Positions 9,393 to 19,025 of a DNA stretch of 49,213 bases are shown in pieces. Under the pieces are notes generated by a model. It saw nothing but the letters and a program-made list of their open reading frames with translations. It had not been told where the DNA came from and made no database searches. Position 1 is the first letter of the stretch. Every line of letters starts with the position of its first letter. The position numbers and the translations under genes were made by a program. The stretch comes from a virus: the IMG/VR virus record IMGVR_UViG_3300012090_000181; one strand, 5' to 3'.

Positions 9393-9758
9393 ATGGCCAG
9401 AGGCAGCGGGATCAAAGAACAGGATGCTTTGTCACCAGAAGCAGTTCTCTACGGACGGCTTCTACCTGGATCGCCGCAGCCCGCCGGCAACTCCGATGAG
9501 CAGTCTCCTGCTCATCTTGGTCAGAACCAGCTGCGTGTGCTGAAGGCGTTGAACTCGTACTCAGGTGAGTACGGCTCAGCGCTCGACATCGACATCCATC
9601 AGCTTGTCGAGCGATCAGGGATCCGAGCCTTGAGTCACATCGGAGGAGTGCTCACAGTGCTGAACTCATTGAAGAAGCACGATCTGGTCACGAGCAACGA
9701 TAGGGAATGGCAGATCACCGAGCTGGGTAAGAAGACGTTGGATACTCATTCACTCTAG
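9393..9758 (+). CDS. ILYG(VLYG)-tagged winged-helix-like protein
   Basis: MARGSG...PEAVLYGRL; VLNSLKKHDLV...WQITELGK; TATGCT 6 nt before ATG. Confidence 0.75.
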   Translation: MARGSGIKEQDALSPEAVLYGRLLPGSPQPAGNSDEQSPAHLGQNQLRVLKALNSYSGEYGSALDIDIHQLVERSGIRALSHIGGVLTVLNSLKKHDLVTSNDREWQITELGKKTLDTHSL

Positions 9759-9811
9759 GACAAGCGATGAAGAAGTCATCTCTGTCGAAGAACTGCTATC
9801 ATCTTCCGAAG

Positions 9812-10039
9812 ATGAAGCCGACGGACACAACGGGGATGATCTTGGAATGGCGCCTGCGGACATTACGCCATAACATCATATCCATCGCCGATGCCAGGGT
9901 CGAGCTCGAAGACGGCCATCCTGACGCCGGCCGTCGAAAACAGCTTCAGGATCAGATCACCCGCCTCAAAAGCCAGGAACCCGAACTGGTATCTGCGATC
10001 AACCAGCTGGAGCAGTTTCCTTCTTCGCCGCAGGCATAA
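9812..10039 (+). CDS. Small coiled-coil hypothetical protein
   Basis: Heptad-like LQDQITRLKSQEPELVSAINQL; TATCAT upstream. Confidence 0.5.
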   Translation: MKPTDTTGMILEWRLRTLRHNIISIADARVELEDGHPDAGRRKQLQDQITRLKSQEPELVSAINQLEQFPSSPQA

Positions 10040-10076
10040 TCACGGTCTTGCCTCCCGCCCCGACTATACTTCTTGC

Positions 10077-10445
10077 ATGGCTCGTGGAGCAGGTATGAAA
10101 GAAGTAACCGGTCTTGCCGCCGAGGACATCCTCTATGGTCGCCTCGATCCGGCAGCCACGCCGACAGACACAGAAGCTCGGACGAAGAGCCGCTACAAGA
10201 AGCTGGGTAATCGCCAGCGCGCAGTCTTGAAGCTGCTCGATCCGGATGACTTCACCGCCCAGCACTCGTCATTACAACTGGCCGTAGATGAGATCCATCA
10301 GAAACAACCAGAAGTCTTCGCCAGCGCCAGCGCCGTCGAGACGGTTCTGTACTCATTACGCGACCGAGAACTGGTCGAGACCAACGGGATCGACTGGAAG
10401 ATCACCGAGCTGGGATCACAGGTGATCTCGGAGCTGACTTCCTAG
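10077..10445 (+). CDS. ILYG-tagged winged-helix-like protein (paralog of 9393..9758)
   Basis: MARGAG...AEDILYGRL; VLYSLRDRELVETNGIDWKITELG; TATACT 6 nt before ATG. Confidence 0.78.
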   Translation: MARGAGMKEVTGLAAEDILYGRLDPAATPTDTEARTKSRYKKLGNRQRAVLKLLDPDDFTAQHSSLQLAVDEIHQKQPEVFASASAVETVLYSLRDRELVETNGIDWKITELGSQVISELTS

Positions 10446-10583
10446 TTCCGTAGCAAGCTTCAATCAGTGCGTTGATGCTTTCCAGGCCAAACAGGTTCCG
10501 ACCACGATCGGCAATGTTGACATCCTGATCGGGACTTGCTAGAGTCCATCGGGTAACTGTCAAGCCCAAGACGAGGAAGACCC

Positions 10584-11117
10584 ATGCCGAGAAATATCCG
10601 ACGCCATCTGCAACGACTGATCTTCACCCTACTGATCATCGCTCTTTTCGCCGTCGTCCATGCCTATCAGGACGGCAAGTTCGACAATCTGCTCGGCCAA
10701 TCACAGACGCAGAAGAACCTTCCGGGTCACACGCTCTACGGGCATAAAGAGGCCGCCGACCCTTCCGACTGCACGCTGGTCAAGAATGCCGTCGCCATCA
10801 ACATCGATCCGTCACGTTATCCGGCGACCGCCAAGCATGCTGAGGATGCGATCAAGGCTGGTGAGCCTAAAGTTTTGCACTTGGATCGGGAAGCGCCGGA
10901 TGAGAATCGTAAGTATTCCCTGGCCGGGGTTGCTACTAAACCGGGTGATGATCGTGATGAGTACCCTCCCGCAGCGACGATGGAGGGCGGTCAAGGCGCT
11001 GATATTCGCTTGATCCCGAGTGCCGATAATCGTGGGGCCGGTAGCTCGATGGGCGCGCAACTCAGCGGCTTTTGTTCCGGACAGGCTTTCGTCCTAACCT
11101 ACGTGCCTGGCGGCTGA
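10584..11117 (+). CDS. NucA/NucB-family membrane-anchored deoxyribonuclease
   Basis: N-terminal TM/signal; RYPATAKHAEDAI, DRDEYPPA, EGGQGADIRLIPSADNRGAGS; TTGACA-type promoter and GAGGA SD upstream. Confidence 0.9.
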   Translation: MPRNIRRHLQRLIFTLLIIALFAVVHAYQDGKFDNLLGQSQTQKNLPGHTLYGHKEAADPSDCTLVKNAVAINIDPSRYPATAKHAEDAIKAGEPKVLHLDREAPDENRKYSLAGVATKPGDDRDEYPPAATMEGGQGADIRLIPSADNRGAGSSMGAQLSGFCSGQAFVLTYVPGG

Positions 11118-11169
11118 CAGCTCCTCTCGGTTTCCGTTCGAGAGCAAGGCCTGACCTATACTATCGGTA

Positions 11170-12141
11170 ATGGATCCGATCGACTTTGATGACCTTGGCT
11201 TCATGGTGAGTTGCACTCGTACTATTCCCGACCCGGAGACCGAAGAAGAGACTACCGTCTCGGTCGTCCCGATCATCCATCCTATGCTGTACGGTGATCT
11301 TATCGCTGAATACGAGCACCATCCCGACCTTGATGACATCGGGGCCTACATAGAGTTCATGCAAGGCCGGGTCGAGAACGCGCGTGAGGCTGCGATGTCG
11401 TTTGACGATGTGTCTTCCCAGATTTTCCTGGCACCACTGATCAGTTGGGATGAGTACGAATGGGATGAGAGTGCCGATGAAGATGCCGAAGACCGGTTCG
11501 AGCTTCAGATGGAAGCATTGGAACAATGGACACAGGATTGCCCGGCTGAGCTTCTCAGCAGATGCGACGGTCATGTCGTCGATTCTCTCAGAAGCTGGGA
11601 TCTTCAGCAGCTGATCGCGGACCATATGATCAGCAATCATGCGGGCATCACCGATGAGCAGGAATACGTTGATGCTGTCGAAAGCCTTAGCGATGAGATA
11701 TTGGCGAAAGCGTACGCATTTCTTGACCAGGAGATCCGGCCCATGATTCGAGACCATGCCCACCTTACGTACAACGTAACCGTCCAAACAGCTGATCGTT
11801 CGTTTCCGTTCATCGGTACTGTCGGCCTGTCAGATGATGATTTCATCGACACGAATGATGGTATGATGGCGATCGGTGCCGGCGAACATGCACTGTATGC
11901 TGTGGCAGCACTATTGTTGAGACAAGGCAGCGTGATACTGCGGACGATGCAGCTGGATGAGCACGGTAAAAGCAACGAGGATGTCAGCGGATGGATTGTC
12001 ATCGAGAACCGAGTTATTCGTCTGTCCAGCGGTGAGATCTTTTCAGCCCAGTGCACGGCTCCTGACGGTGAGCCGATCCCGCCAGAGCCCGGAGTGAGCT
12101 ATCTCGGCCCGGATACGAATGAAGAAGTTCAGCTCATCTGA
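11170..12141 (+). CDS. Highly acidic hypothetical protein
   Basis: 323-aa D/E-rich ORF; TATACT 7 nt before ATG. Confidence 0.8.
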   Translation: MDPIDFDDLGFMVSCTRTIPDPETEEETTVSVVPIIHPMLYGDLIAEYEHHPDLDDIGAYIEFMQGRVENAREAAMSFDDVSSQIFLAPLISWDEYEWDESADEDAEDRFELQMEALEQWTQDCPAELLSRCDGHVVDSLRSWDLQQLIADHMISNHAGITDEQEYVDAVESLSDEILAKAYAFLDQEIRPMIRDHAHLTYNVTVQTADRSFPFIGTVGLSDDDFIDTNDGMMAIGAGEHALYAVAALLLRQGSVILRTMQLDEHGKSNEDVSGWIVIENRVIRLSSGEIFSAQCTAPDGEPIPPEPGVSYLGPDTNEEVQLI

Positions 12142-12255
12142 GCAGAACTGTGACTGTTGCTCTGGACAGGCTTTCGTTCTGACCTGCATGGCATGGCGGT
12201 TGAACCCGACGATTGTTTGCCAGTCAGATACCAGACAGTACCTTATGATCGTCAT

Positions 12256-12861
12256 ATGAGCTTACTTGAAGATGCTGTCAAAACCCGAAAGAAAGAAAAG
12301 CAGCTGAGCATCGACGCGGCCAATGCTGCATTCACCGCCGCCGATGCCTGTCGCCTGCTGAAAGATAAAAGCAACGTGGTCTGTGAAGCAGACGAGTTGA
12401 TCGAGGATGTAGACGCTCGAGGATATAGAAGCTGGGCCTACAAACTGAACTCGGTGATCGAGGATGGAGGCGAGCTGCTGGCGCATCGTTCAGGGGAGGT
12501 GTTCTACCAGCCGCCGGATTACCTGGCTGACGCTCTGATCGGACCGGGGCCGACACGTGCTCCGATGCCAGAGTCGCCGATGAAGCTGCAAGGATCGTTC
12601 GACCCGGTGATCAGCTATCTGGAGAACAGCTACAAGAGGGCTGGTAACGGCCTGAGCAATCGCATAGTCCTCTGCTGGGCGTTCACGCTGTTCGCCCTTT
12701 TCTTCACCGGATTGAGCCTCCTGGCGGGTTCGTCAGCGACGATCACCGCTCTGATCGGAGGCATACCGGCTCTCTGGGCGGGTGTCTGCTTGCTCGGGGC
12801 CTGGATGTCGAAAAACATCATCGATCGTCTCGATCCGTTGTTCAGTCCGAGCACCCTCTAA
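12256..12861 (+). CDS. Hypothetical membrane protein (paralog of 13123..13707)
   Basis: AFTAADAC...WAYKLNSVIEDGGELL; two C-terminal TM helices; TATGAT 6 nt before ATG. Confidence 0.8.
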   Translation: MSLLEDAVKTRKKEKQLSIDAANAAFTAADACRLLKDKSNVVCEADELIEDVDARGYRSWAYKLNSVIEDGGELLAHRSGEVFYQPPDYLADALIGPGPTRAPMPESPMKLQGSFDPVISYLENSYKRAGNGLSNRIVLCWAFTLFALFFTGLSLLAGSSATITALIGGIPALWAGVCLLGAWMSKNIIDRLDPLFSPSTL

Positions 12862-12980
12862 GATAGTCAGGTATTCACAAGTCCGACGATCAGGTACTGA
12901 TCTTGACGACAGACAAAGATGGTTCTCAGTTGCCGGGCTTATGGAGGTCTGGCCGGACGAGGTCTCGTCATAGTATCGTC

Positions 12981-13016
12981 TGCTGTCAAGTTTTCTTGCA
13001 ATAAAACTTGACAGCA
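12981..13016. repeat. 36-bp near-perfect palindrome
   Basis: TGCTGTCAAGTTTT-C-TTGCAA-T-AAAACTTGACAGCA. Confidence 0.85.
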
Positions 13017-13122
13017 TTCCAGATTATGTAGCTTCATCCTAGTGCCGGAAGGAGCGCTTCAGTGCGCCGAGCAAAGATGAACCAGGTCCTATGGCGTTTC
13101 TTTTTTGCCTTATGATTCTCCT

Positions 13123-13707
13123 ATGAGTGATGTCCTCGAACAGGCGGTAGTGGATTATCAGCAGCGGACGATAGCTGCCGATCAAGCCTTTACCGCCACC
13201 GAAGCATGTACCACCCTCAACGAATCTTTCCCTGCACTGGTCTGCAGTCCGTCTGACCTGATCAGAGATGACAGCCGCCATGATGGGGTGAGGCGTTGGG
13301 CCTATCGACTGAACTCCCTGCTGGAAGACGGCGGCGAGCTGCTGGTCGATAAAGAGGGCGGGGTCGAATACCGTTGTCCGCGTTTTCTTCTGCAAGGGTA
13401 TTTCTCCTCCAACGGCGGTGCCGCACCGGCCAGATTGTCGGGTTCCTTGGATCCGATCGTCAGGTATCTTCTCGTCGCTCAGGAGAGCCTGAAACAGAGC
13501 CTCCGCTTCAGCCGGCAGAACGTGTTGTTCTGGTCGATCGTGTTGCTGTTGTCCGTGGCCGGGGCGGTCCTGATCAACCAGGCCTTCTTCGTCTGTGTCA
13601 TCATCGCCGGGGTGGCCTTACCCTGTTCTCTCCTGGCAAGCTACATACAGGGGCGCAAGCTCCGGCGGCTGCAACCCCTGTCGGCTTTCCGGCCCGTCGG
13701 CGATTGA
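13123..13707 (+). CDS. Hypothetical membrane protein (paralog of 12256..12861)
   Basis: AFTATEAC...WAYRLNSLLEDGGELL; two C-terminal TM helices; TATGAT 6 nt before ATG. Confidence 0.8.
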   Translation: MSDVLEQAVVDYQQRTIAADQAFTATEACTTLNESFPALVCSPSDLIRDDSRHDGVRRWAYRLNSLLEDGGELLVDKEGGVEYRCPRFLLQGYFSSNGGAAPARLSGSLDPIVRYLLVAQESLKQSLRFSRQNVLFWSIVLLLSVAGAVLINQAFFVCVIIAGVALPCSLLASYIQGRKLRRLQPLSAFRPVGD

Positions 13708-13765
13708 TTCAAGGCATCTGATCAACACATCCGGAACGCGGATCGTCAAGGTGTAATCTGGATAC

Positions 13766-14503
13766 ATGCTCAGGAAGATATGGAACCGGCGTGGCCTGCG
13801 ACAGATCAGCCTGTTCCTCGTGGTCTATCTGCTCTACCTGGCTGCTCGCTGGATCTTCGTCGGAGATTATGCCGCCGCCGAAGAGCACGCCAAACTGATC
13901 TTCGGCCTGGAGCAATCAGGCGGCCTCGCCGTCGAACAAGGCCTGCAGAAAGCTTTCTCGGCCGGTTTCTGGCCTGACCTGTTCAGCAGCATCTACCTGG
14001 CTGCGCAGCTGTTCATCCTGCCGCTGAGCCTGATCTGGCTCTGGTTCCGAAAAGGTAAACGGCGTAGTTATTACTGGCTGCGGAATACGATCTGCGCCAC
14101 CTGGATGATCTCGATACCGATCTTCGCCCTGTTCCCGGTCGCGCCGCCGCGTCTCGACGCCATCGGACTGGCCGATACCGTATCCGACAACGCGGGCAGC
14201 GTCCTGACCGGGCACTCAACCATCTTCTACAATCCGTTCGCGGCGATGCCCAGCCTCCATGTCGGCTTCGCCTTCGCCATCGGGATCGCCGTCGCCTCGG
14301 CGATCGACAACAAGATCCTGAAAGGCCTGGCCTTGTCCTGGGGACCATTGGTCGCCATCGCGGTCATGGTCACCGGTAATCATTTCCTGCTTGACGCGAT
14401 CGCCGGGATCAGCGTGACCATCGTCGGTGCGTTGGTCGGCTACCTGGTCAATCGCTATGGTCTGCGCGCGTTCAACTCCGAGCAAGCCGGCTTCGGGGGC
14501 TGA
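13766..14503 (+). CDS. PAP2-superfamily membrane enzyme (Aur1/inositol-phosphorylceramide-synthase-like)
   Basis: FPVAPPRL, NPFAAMPSLHVGFA, TGNHFLLD motifs; multiple TM helices. Confidence 0.9.
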   Translation: MLRKIWNRRGLRQISLFLVVYLLYLAARWIFVGDYAAAEEHAKLIFGLEQSGGLAVEQGLQKAFSAGFWPDLFSSIYLAAQLFILPLSLIWLWFRKGKRRSYYWLRNTICATWMISIPIFALFPVAPPRLDAIGLADTVSDNAGSVLTGHSTIFYNPFAAMPSLHVGFAFAIGIAVASAIDNKILKGLALSWGPLVAIAVMVTGNHFLLDAIAGISVTIVGALVGYLVNRYGLRAFNSEQAGFGG

Positions 14504-14882
14504 TCTTATCGTGGAGCTGCCTGGATCGCTCCGATCCGCCCCTGCGCCCTCGATTCCTCAGGATGGCCTTATATCCTCAGAGAAGAATGGCTGGCGGATG
14601 CAGGCAAGGTCTGCGGCTTCAGCCGGAACCTGCGCGCCCAGAGGCTGAACTGGCTTCGTGATACCAGATATCGCGACCATGTGATTCTCGTGGATCGATC
14701 TGAGCGTAAGGCCGTCGCCGCCATCAGGTTGTTCACCGATGCCGACATCAGCGAAGAGATGAGCTGATCGCTGCCAGCAGGTGCGTAAGCTTCTGTATCG
14801 TACGCGAAGCCTTGAAGAGAACTAAAAGCAAGCTTCTTTCTAGCATGCAATTATCTTGCTCTAAAACTGAAATCATCAGAAA

Positions 14883-14958
14883 GTCATAGATCTATTATGC
14901 AACAAAAGAGTAGAATTCGGAAAAATTCTACTCTTTTGTTGCATAATAGATCTATGAC
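14883..14958. promoter_or_regulatory. Perfect 35-bp inverted repeat over the promoter and start of the AbiE-like operon
   Basis: GTCATAGATCTATTATGCAACAAAAGAGTAGAATT-cggaaa-AATTCTACTCTTTTGTTGCATAATAGATCTATGAC; includes CATAAT -10 and ATG 14954. Confidence 0.85.
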
Positions 14959-15709
14959 CATTTCAAGTGGTAGGCCTATATCAGAACCCGATTCCAGACA
15001 GCTTCTGTCAATCATGCAGAATGGTGGCGTGTTCACTGTGGCACATTTTCAGAAAATCTTTCCCTTGTCCAGATATTCGATACTTCGACGCTTGGGACAG
15101 CTAGAGAGGCAAGAAGAGATCGTTCAAATCTCCAAAGGCTCTTATCAAGCTCCCATAGAATCCCTTTCCATCCCTGATGCTGTCAAAGGGATCCTGGATG
15201 ATCTTGATGCTTTTGCTCTGGAGGCTCATGTGACAGGGCTGGATATCCTCATCCCTTACACTCATCAATTCATAAAACATTATCCGCATATCGTCTACGT
15301 TGATCCGCTTCATCTTGATGCCGCTGAGGATGCCCTGGCATCTGATCAGCATATAATAGTCAGATTGAATGCGGCAACCAGGATACCAATGGTAGATAAC
15401 CCGTCGGATGTCATACTGTTGAGAAAACAATCTAACTCAGCGCAATATGGTTGTCATGGGATGCTTGCCCCTCCTGAGAAAGCATGGGTGGACACTCTAC
15501 GCGAAACTCATCGAGGGCACATCAAAATAGAATTCATGGAGCTCGGCCGTATCTTGCACAATCTCATCGATTCTGGGGCCGATCTGAAAAAGCTAAAAAA
15601 CTATGCAAGACGTATGGGGTACCTCGATTGGATTCAATATGCGTCAGGAGAACTGGTTGCACAGAGAGCTCCTGCATTCCAAGCTCTGAAAGCGGGTTAT
15701 GATTCATGA
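14954..15709 (+). CDS. abiEi: Type IV TA antitoxin, AbiEi-like (N-terminal wHTH)
   Basis: GGVFTVAHF...LGQLERQEEIVQISKGSY wHTH; PEKAWVD C-terminal motif; ATGA overlap with downstream NTase; lower GC. Confidence 0.72.
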   Translation: MTISSGRPISEPDSRQLLSIMQNGGVFTVAHFQKIFPLSRYSILRRLGQLERQEEIVQISKGSYQAPIESLSIPDAVKGILDDLDAFALEAHVTGLDILIPYTHQFIKHYPHIVYVDPLHLDAAEDALASDQHIIVRLNAATRIPMVDNPSDVILLRKQSNSAQYGCHGMLAPPEKAWVDTLRETHRGHIKIEFMELGRILHNLIDSGADLKKLKNYARRMGYLDWIQYASGELVAQRAPAFQALKAGYDS

Positions 15710-16917
15710 CAAGACCGGTACAGTCATTGATCGCCGAGCATTCAGATCTCTTTTTCACAGACTGGGTTACTGATCCTTCTTCTGTTCAAGAAAGCGCAGC
15801 TGAGCATGGAATCAAAAATGATTTCACGTTGGAGATATCAGCCTGGTGCTCCGAATTTCATATGCAATTACAAAAACTTGCTGAAGAGCAATCATTGGAC
15901 CTTATCTTGATGGGAGGGAACGCTATAGCCATTCGCATGAATGTCTCAGCTCAACGGGGGAGTCGGGACAACGACTATATAACCAGTGCGACCGAGGATG
16001 AGATAGTACATTTGCTGGAAAAGTTCAAGGCACGTTTTTCTGATTTTCCAGACCCCTTTTTCTGTTATGATCCGCTGATACCCGCCAAAAGTAATAATCT
16101 ACCGTTATTCTCATATAAAATCTACGCGCCGGCTTTGCTCACCCGGCCTATTGACGGAGACACGATACAGGTGAAGGTTGAGTTTCACCAAGGAGCAGCT
16201 TCAATAATGCCCGATACGGAACGAGTCACAGGGCGTTTCTTGACAAGTAGTCACGTTATGAATGCCCGGATTCCTAAACCTCCTTATCAATTTGCGCTCA
16301 AATCAGTAGCTCTGAGTGCTCCTCCCGTGGGCATCCCGCCGGAGCGTGAAGAAGATATTCCTAAGAATCTATACGATCTGGATCTCTTGCTCCCGCAAAT
16401 AACGAATCATGAGAGTTGGCTCGACCTCTTGAAATACTCATCGAGTCACTATCAGATAGAATGTGGATACTGCAAGATCACGCCTCGTGCTGGAGATAAC
16501 TGGCAAGGATTTATAGATCGCCTGGAGGCCTGGAACGATTGTGCAAGCAAAGACACCCAGCACTGGAAGACAATAGATAAGTTTCAGTCTGTCCAGTTGG
16601 CAAAACCCAGTTGGACCACCAGCACCAAATGGTTCGCGAGGGTCAGCCGTCTTCAGTTTTTAGGCCAATGCCTACTACAAGATGAACCAGGATGGGCAGA
16701 ATGGGATGCTGCTCTCAAAATGTCACAACGGCTGCTACCAGTCTCTGGAAAGGACCTACGCGAGCAAAAGAAAGTATTGGCTGATGCAACGAATACTTAT
16801 CACAAGATGATAGTGGATGTTCAAGCTCATTTTTGGAAAAGTCTTGCATCAGAGAGTGACCCTACAGCTCGTTCTCTGATGTTACAAAATTTAGACGCAA
16901 ACGTTTCAACTGCATAG
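15706..16917 (+). CDS. abiEii: AbiEii/AbiGii-family nucleotidyltransferase toxin
   Basis: LILMGGNAI...RGSRDNDY (pol-beta NTase GG/DxD), VKVEF, KNLYDL; lower GC. Confidence 0.78.
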   Translation: MTRPVQSLIAEHSDLFFTDWVTDPSSVQESAAEHGIKNDFTLEISAWCSEFHMQLQKLAEEQSLDLILMGGNAIAIRMNVSAQRGSRDNDYITSATEDEIVHLLEKFKARFSDFPDPFFCYDPLIPAKSNNLPLFSYKIYAPALLTRPIDGDTIQVKVEFHQGAASIMPDTERVTGRFLTSSHVMNARIPKPPYQFALKSVALSAPPVGIPPEREEDIPKNLYDLDLLLPQITNHESWLDLLKYSSSHYQIECGYCKITPRAGDNWQGFIDRLEAWNDCASKDTQHWKTIDKFQSVQLAKPSWTTSTKWFARVSRLQFLGQCLLQDEPGWAEWDAALKMSQRLLPVSGKDLREQKKVLADATNTYHKMIVDVQAHFWKSLASESDPTARSLMLQNLDANVSTA

Positions 16918-17099
16918 GACAACGGCTTGTTTATCGAAGGCAGTCATCATAATACGGCAGAAGCACAATCCAGGCACATATTTGGGAATAGAAGCGTGAC
17001 CTTGCCCCGGCTATCCAAGCCAACCGCTATTTTGTCAACGATCTCGTAATCATAGAGGGTTCCTTGCCGATGATGAACCTTGGTCTAGAACGCGCTGCA

Positions 17100-17372
17100 T
17101 CAGGTTTGGCTTGTGCCATCCAGCTTCTTGCTCATCATGAACCAGACGGATAGCACTGCGATCAAGGTGATCAGCACCACCGCCCAGACCATCCACTCGG
17201 ACAACGGGATGAGCAACAAGGTCACGATGAAAGTCACGAGAGCAGCGACGCTCAAGATCGTGAAGAATATGTTCTGCTCTTTACGCCTTGCGTTCTGCCA
17301 CGACCGATATAAGCGTCGAGCTGCCACCAGATCATCCTCTGCATTCTTTTGCACCGGTTTCCGGCTGCTCAT
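17100..17372 (-). CDS. Small two-TM membrane protein
   Basis: Two hydrophobic helices; overlaps the stop of the upstream ORF. Confidence 0.7.
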   Translation of the reverse strand: MSSRKPVQKNAEDDLVAARRLYRSWQNARRKEQNIFFTILSVAALVTFIVTLLLIPLSEWMVWAVVLITLIAVLSVWFMMSKKLDGTSQT

Positions 17373-17887
17373 AGGGCATCTATCGCATCGACACCAAGCA
17401 CCTCGCCGAGGATCGCATCAGCGTCTGCAACGGCCTGGATGATCTTGTTCCTGTCTGCGGCCGCAGCGTTCATCTCGGCAAGCAGGGCATCTGCATTCTG
17501 CTGGGCACGTTCGATCTCCTTGCGCGTGGCTCGTTGATTGGCGTATTGGACGGCCGGCAGCAGATAGTTCTCGGCAAAATCACGGAGAGCCTCATCCTGA
17601 TGAGCGACCAGAAAACCGACAGTTCGCGAACCCTGGACGAAGAATGATCCGATGTTGTCGGTCAGCGTCGGGACGATGATGCTGTCTCCAACAGAAGCCC
17701 TTCCGGAAGTCTCGGAGCGGGCCTCCTGGCCGAGATCGTTGAAGCGATCCACGAACAACTGCCGCCAGTCCATGCTGGTCTCGGGATCAAGATGGACCAG
17801 CAACTTCAGCCGATCCGGCCGACCGGCTTCACCAGGCAGGATCACCGGTGCCACCTGATAGCTTTTCACTCTGACGATCGTCCCCAT
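17369..17887 (-). CDS. Hypothetical protein
   Basis: 172-aa ORF with C-terminal coiled coil; TATGTT 6 nt before ATG. Confidence 0.7.
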   Translation of the reverse strand: MGTIVRVKSYQVAPVILPGEAGRPDRLKLLVHLDPETSMDWRQLFVDRFNDLGQEARSETSGRASVGDSIIVPTLTDNIGSFFVQGSRTVGFLVAHQDEALRDFAENYLLPAVQYANQRATRKEIERAQQNADALLAEMNAAAADRNKIIQAVADADAILGEVLGVDAIDAL

Positions 17888-18021
17888 TCAGGAAACATAC
17901 CGCAACCACGATCTTGAGGATGATGCTCGATGGATAGGATGACATCGCCTGTCGTCAGGCACAGCTCTACCTGAAAACCAGGATGACCAGATTGCGGGAT
18001 GTCGTCTACGCTATACTTCAG

Positions 18022-18417
18022 ATGATGCCCGCAGCCGATACTCACAGCCTGGAAGCTGATGCCGTCCTCTATGGCCGCCTGACTCCCGTGATCGTCTACG
18101 ACCCGGATCTACTTGACGAAGCTCGACAGCGCCTTGACAACCTGGACGACGATGCTCGCAGTTTCCTACAGAAGCTTGTCGAGCAGAGGCAACCGATGAC
18201 TTTCATGGAGTTGGATCAGCTGATCAACGGGCCACGAAAGAAGAACGTCTGGGAAGATCCCAGTGATGAGCTGATCTGGCAGGATTATGTCAGTCCTATC
18301 CTGAAGAAGTTGATCTTGACGGGGATGGTCAGCAGCTATGACAGTATGGCATACCCGCTCGCTCGCTGGATTCCCACTCCACGCGGTCGTGCGGCAGCGC
18401 ATCTGCTGGCGGAATGA
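18022..18417 (+). CDS. VLYG-tagged winged-helix-like protein
   Basis: MMPAADTHSLEADAVLYGRL; ILKKLILTGMV...WIPTPRGRAAA; TATACT at 18012. Confidence 0.72.
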   Translation: MMPAADTHSLEADAVLYGRLTPVIVYDPDLLDEARQRLDNLDDDARSFLQKLVEQRQPMTFMELDQLINGPRKKNVWEDPSDELIWQDYVSPILKKLILTGMVSSYDSMAYPLARWIPTPRGRAAAHLLAE

Positions 18418-19025
18418 CACCGCGTCTCGACAAGTGACGTCCTGATCACCGTTCTTTCATGTATCTTTCAACGATGCCATCAAGGCAAGACAATCCGCAG
18501 CCATCTACTCCACGCGTCGGCCCGGCTCAATACCAGGTGATCCTCGCCTATCGGATGTTGCGCCGGGCCTTGTCGGTAACGGCAGCCGGGGTGATCGCCG
18601 GGATCATCCTGGTCAGATGGTGTCGTCGTAGCTGAAGATACTCGGACAGTCGATAAACCAGCGGCGACACCAGCATCCTGGCTAGACTGAGAAGATGTCG
18701 CCACTCCGTCTGCTATCGAGTATCTGCCGTCGCCTGCAATCTACTGTCGAGGGCGACGTTGAGCAGACAAACAGCGCTTCTGCTGATGCGGAACAATGCT
18801 CGAAGCAGGCCCCGCCACCGCCACCACCTCCGACCCCGGACATCGGCCTACCGGAGACGACAGGAGGTCTTGGCTGGTGGACCAGATGAGCGTCAGATCA
18901 CTCCGAACGGGTTTCGAGGTCTGAAGTGAGTCCAACTGTTTCGTTCAGATGCTTTGTTCGTAGTGCCTCCTAAAACGCGTCCAGGTGCCCAACACTTGCG
19001 GAGTGCTCAGTATGGACATGATACT

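Noticed and set aside
10725-11300. HTLYG (nuclease) and PMLYG (acidic protein) as further tag copies
   Set aside because: They lack the acidic-[I/V] prefix and lie further inside the proteins; likely chance matches.
14504-14767. Stop-codon readthrough of the PAP2 gene
   Set aside because: The frame stays open for ~87 codons after the TGA, but the PAP2 protein is already complete and TGA is a normal stop elsewhere. A gene remnant or chance is more likely.
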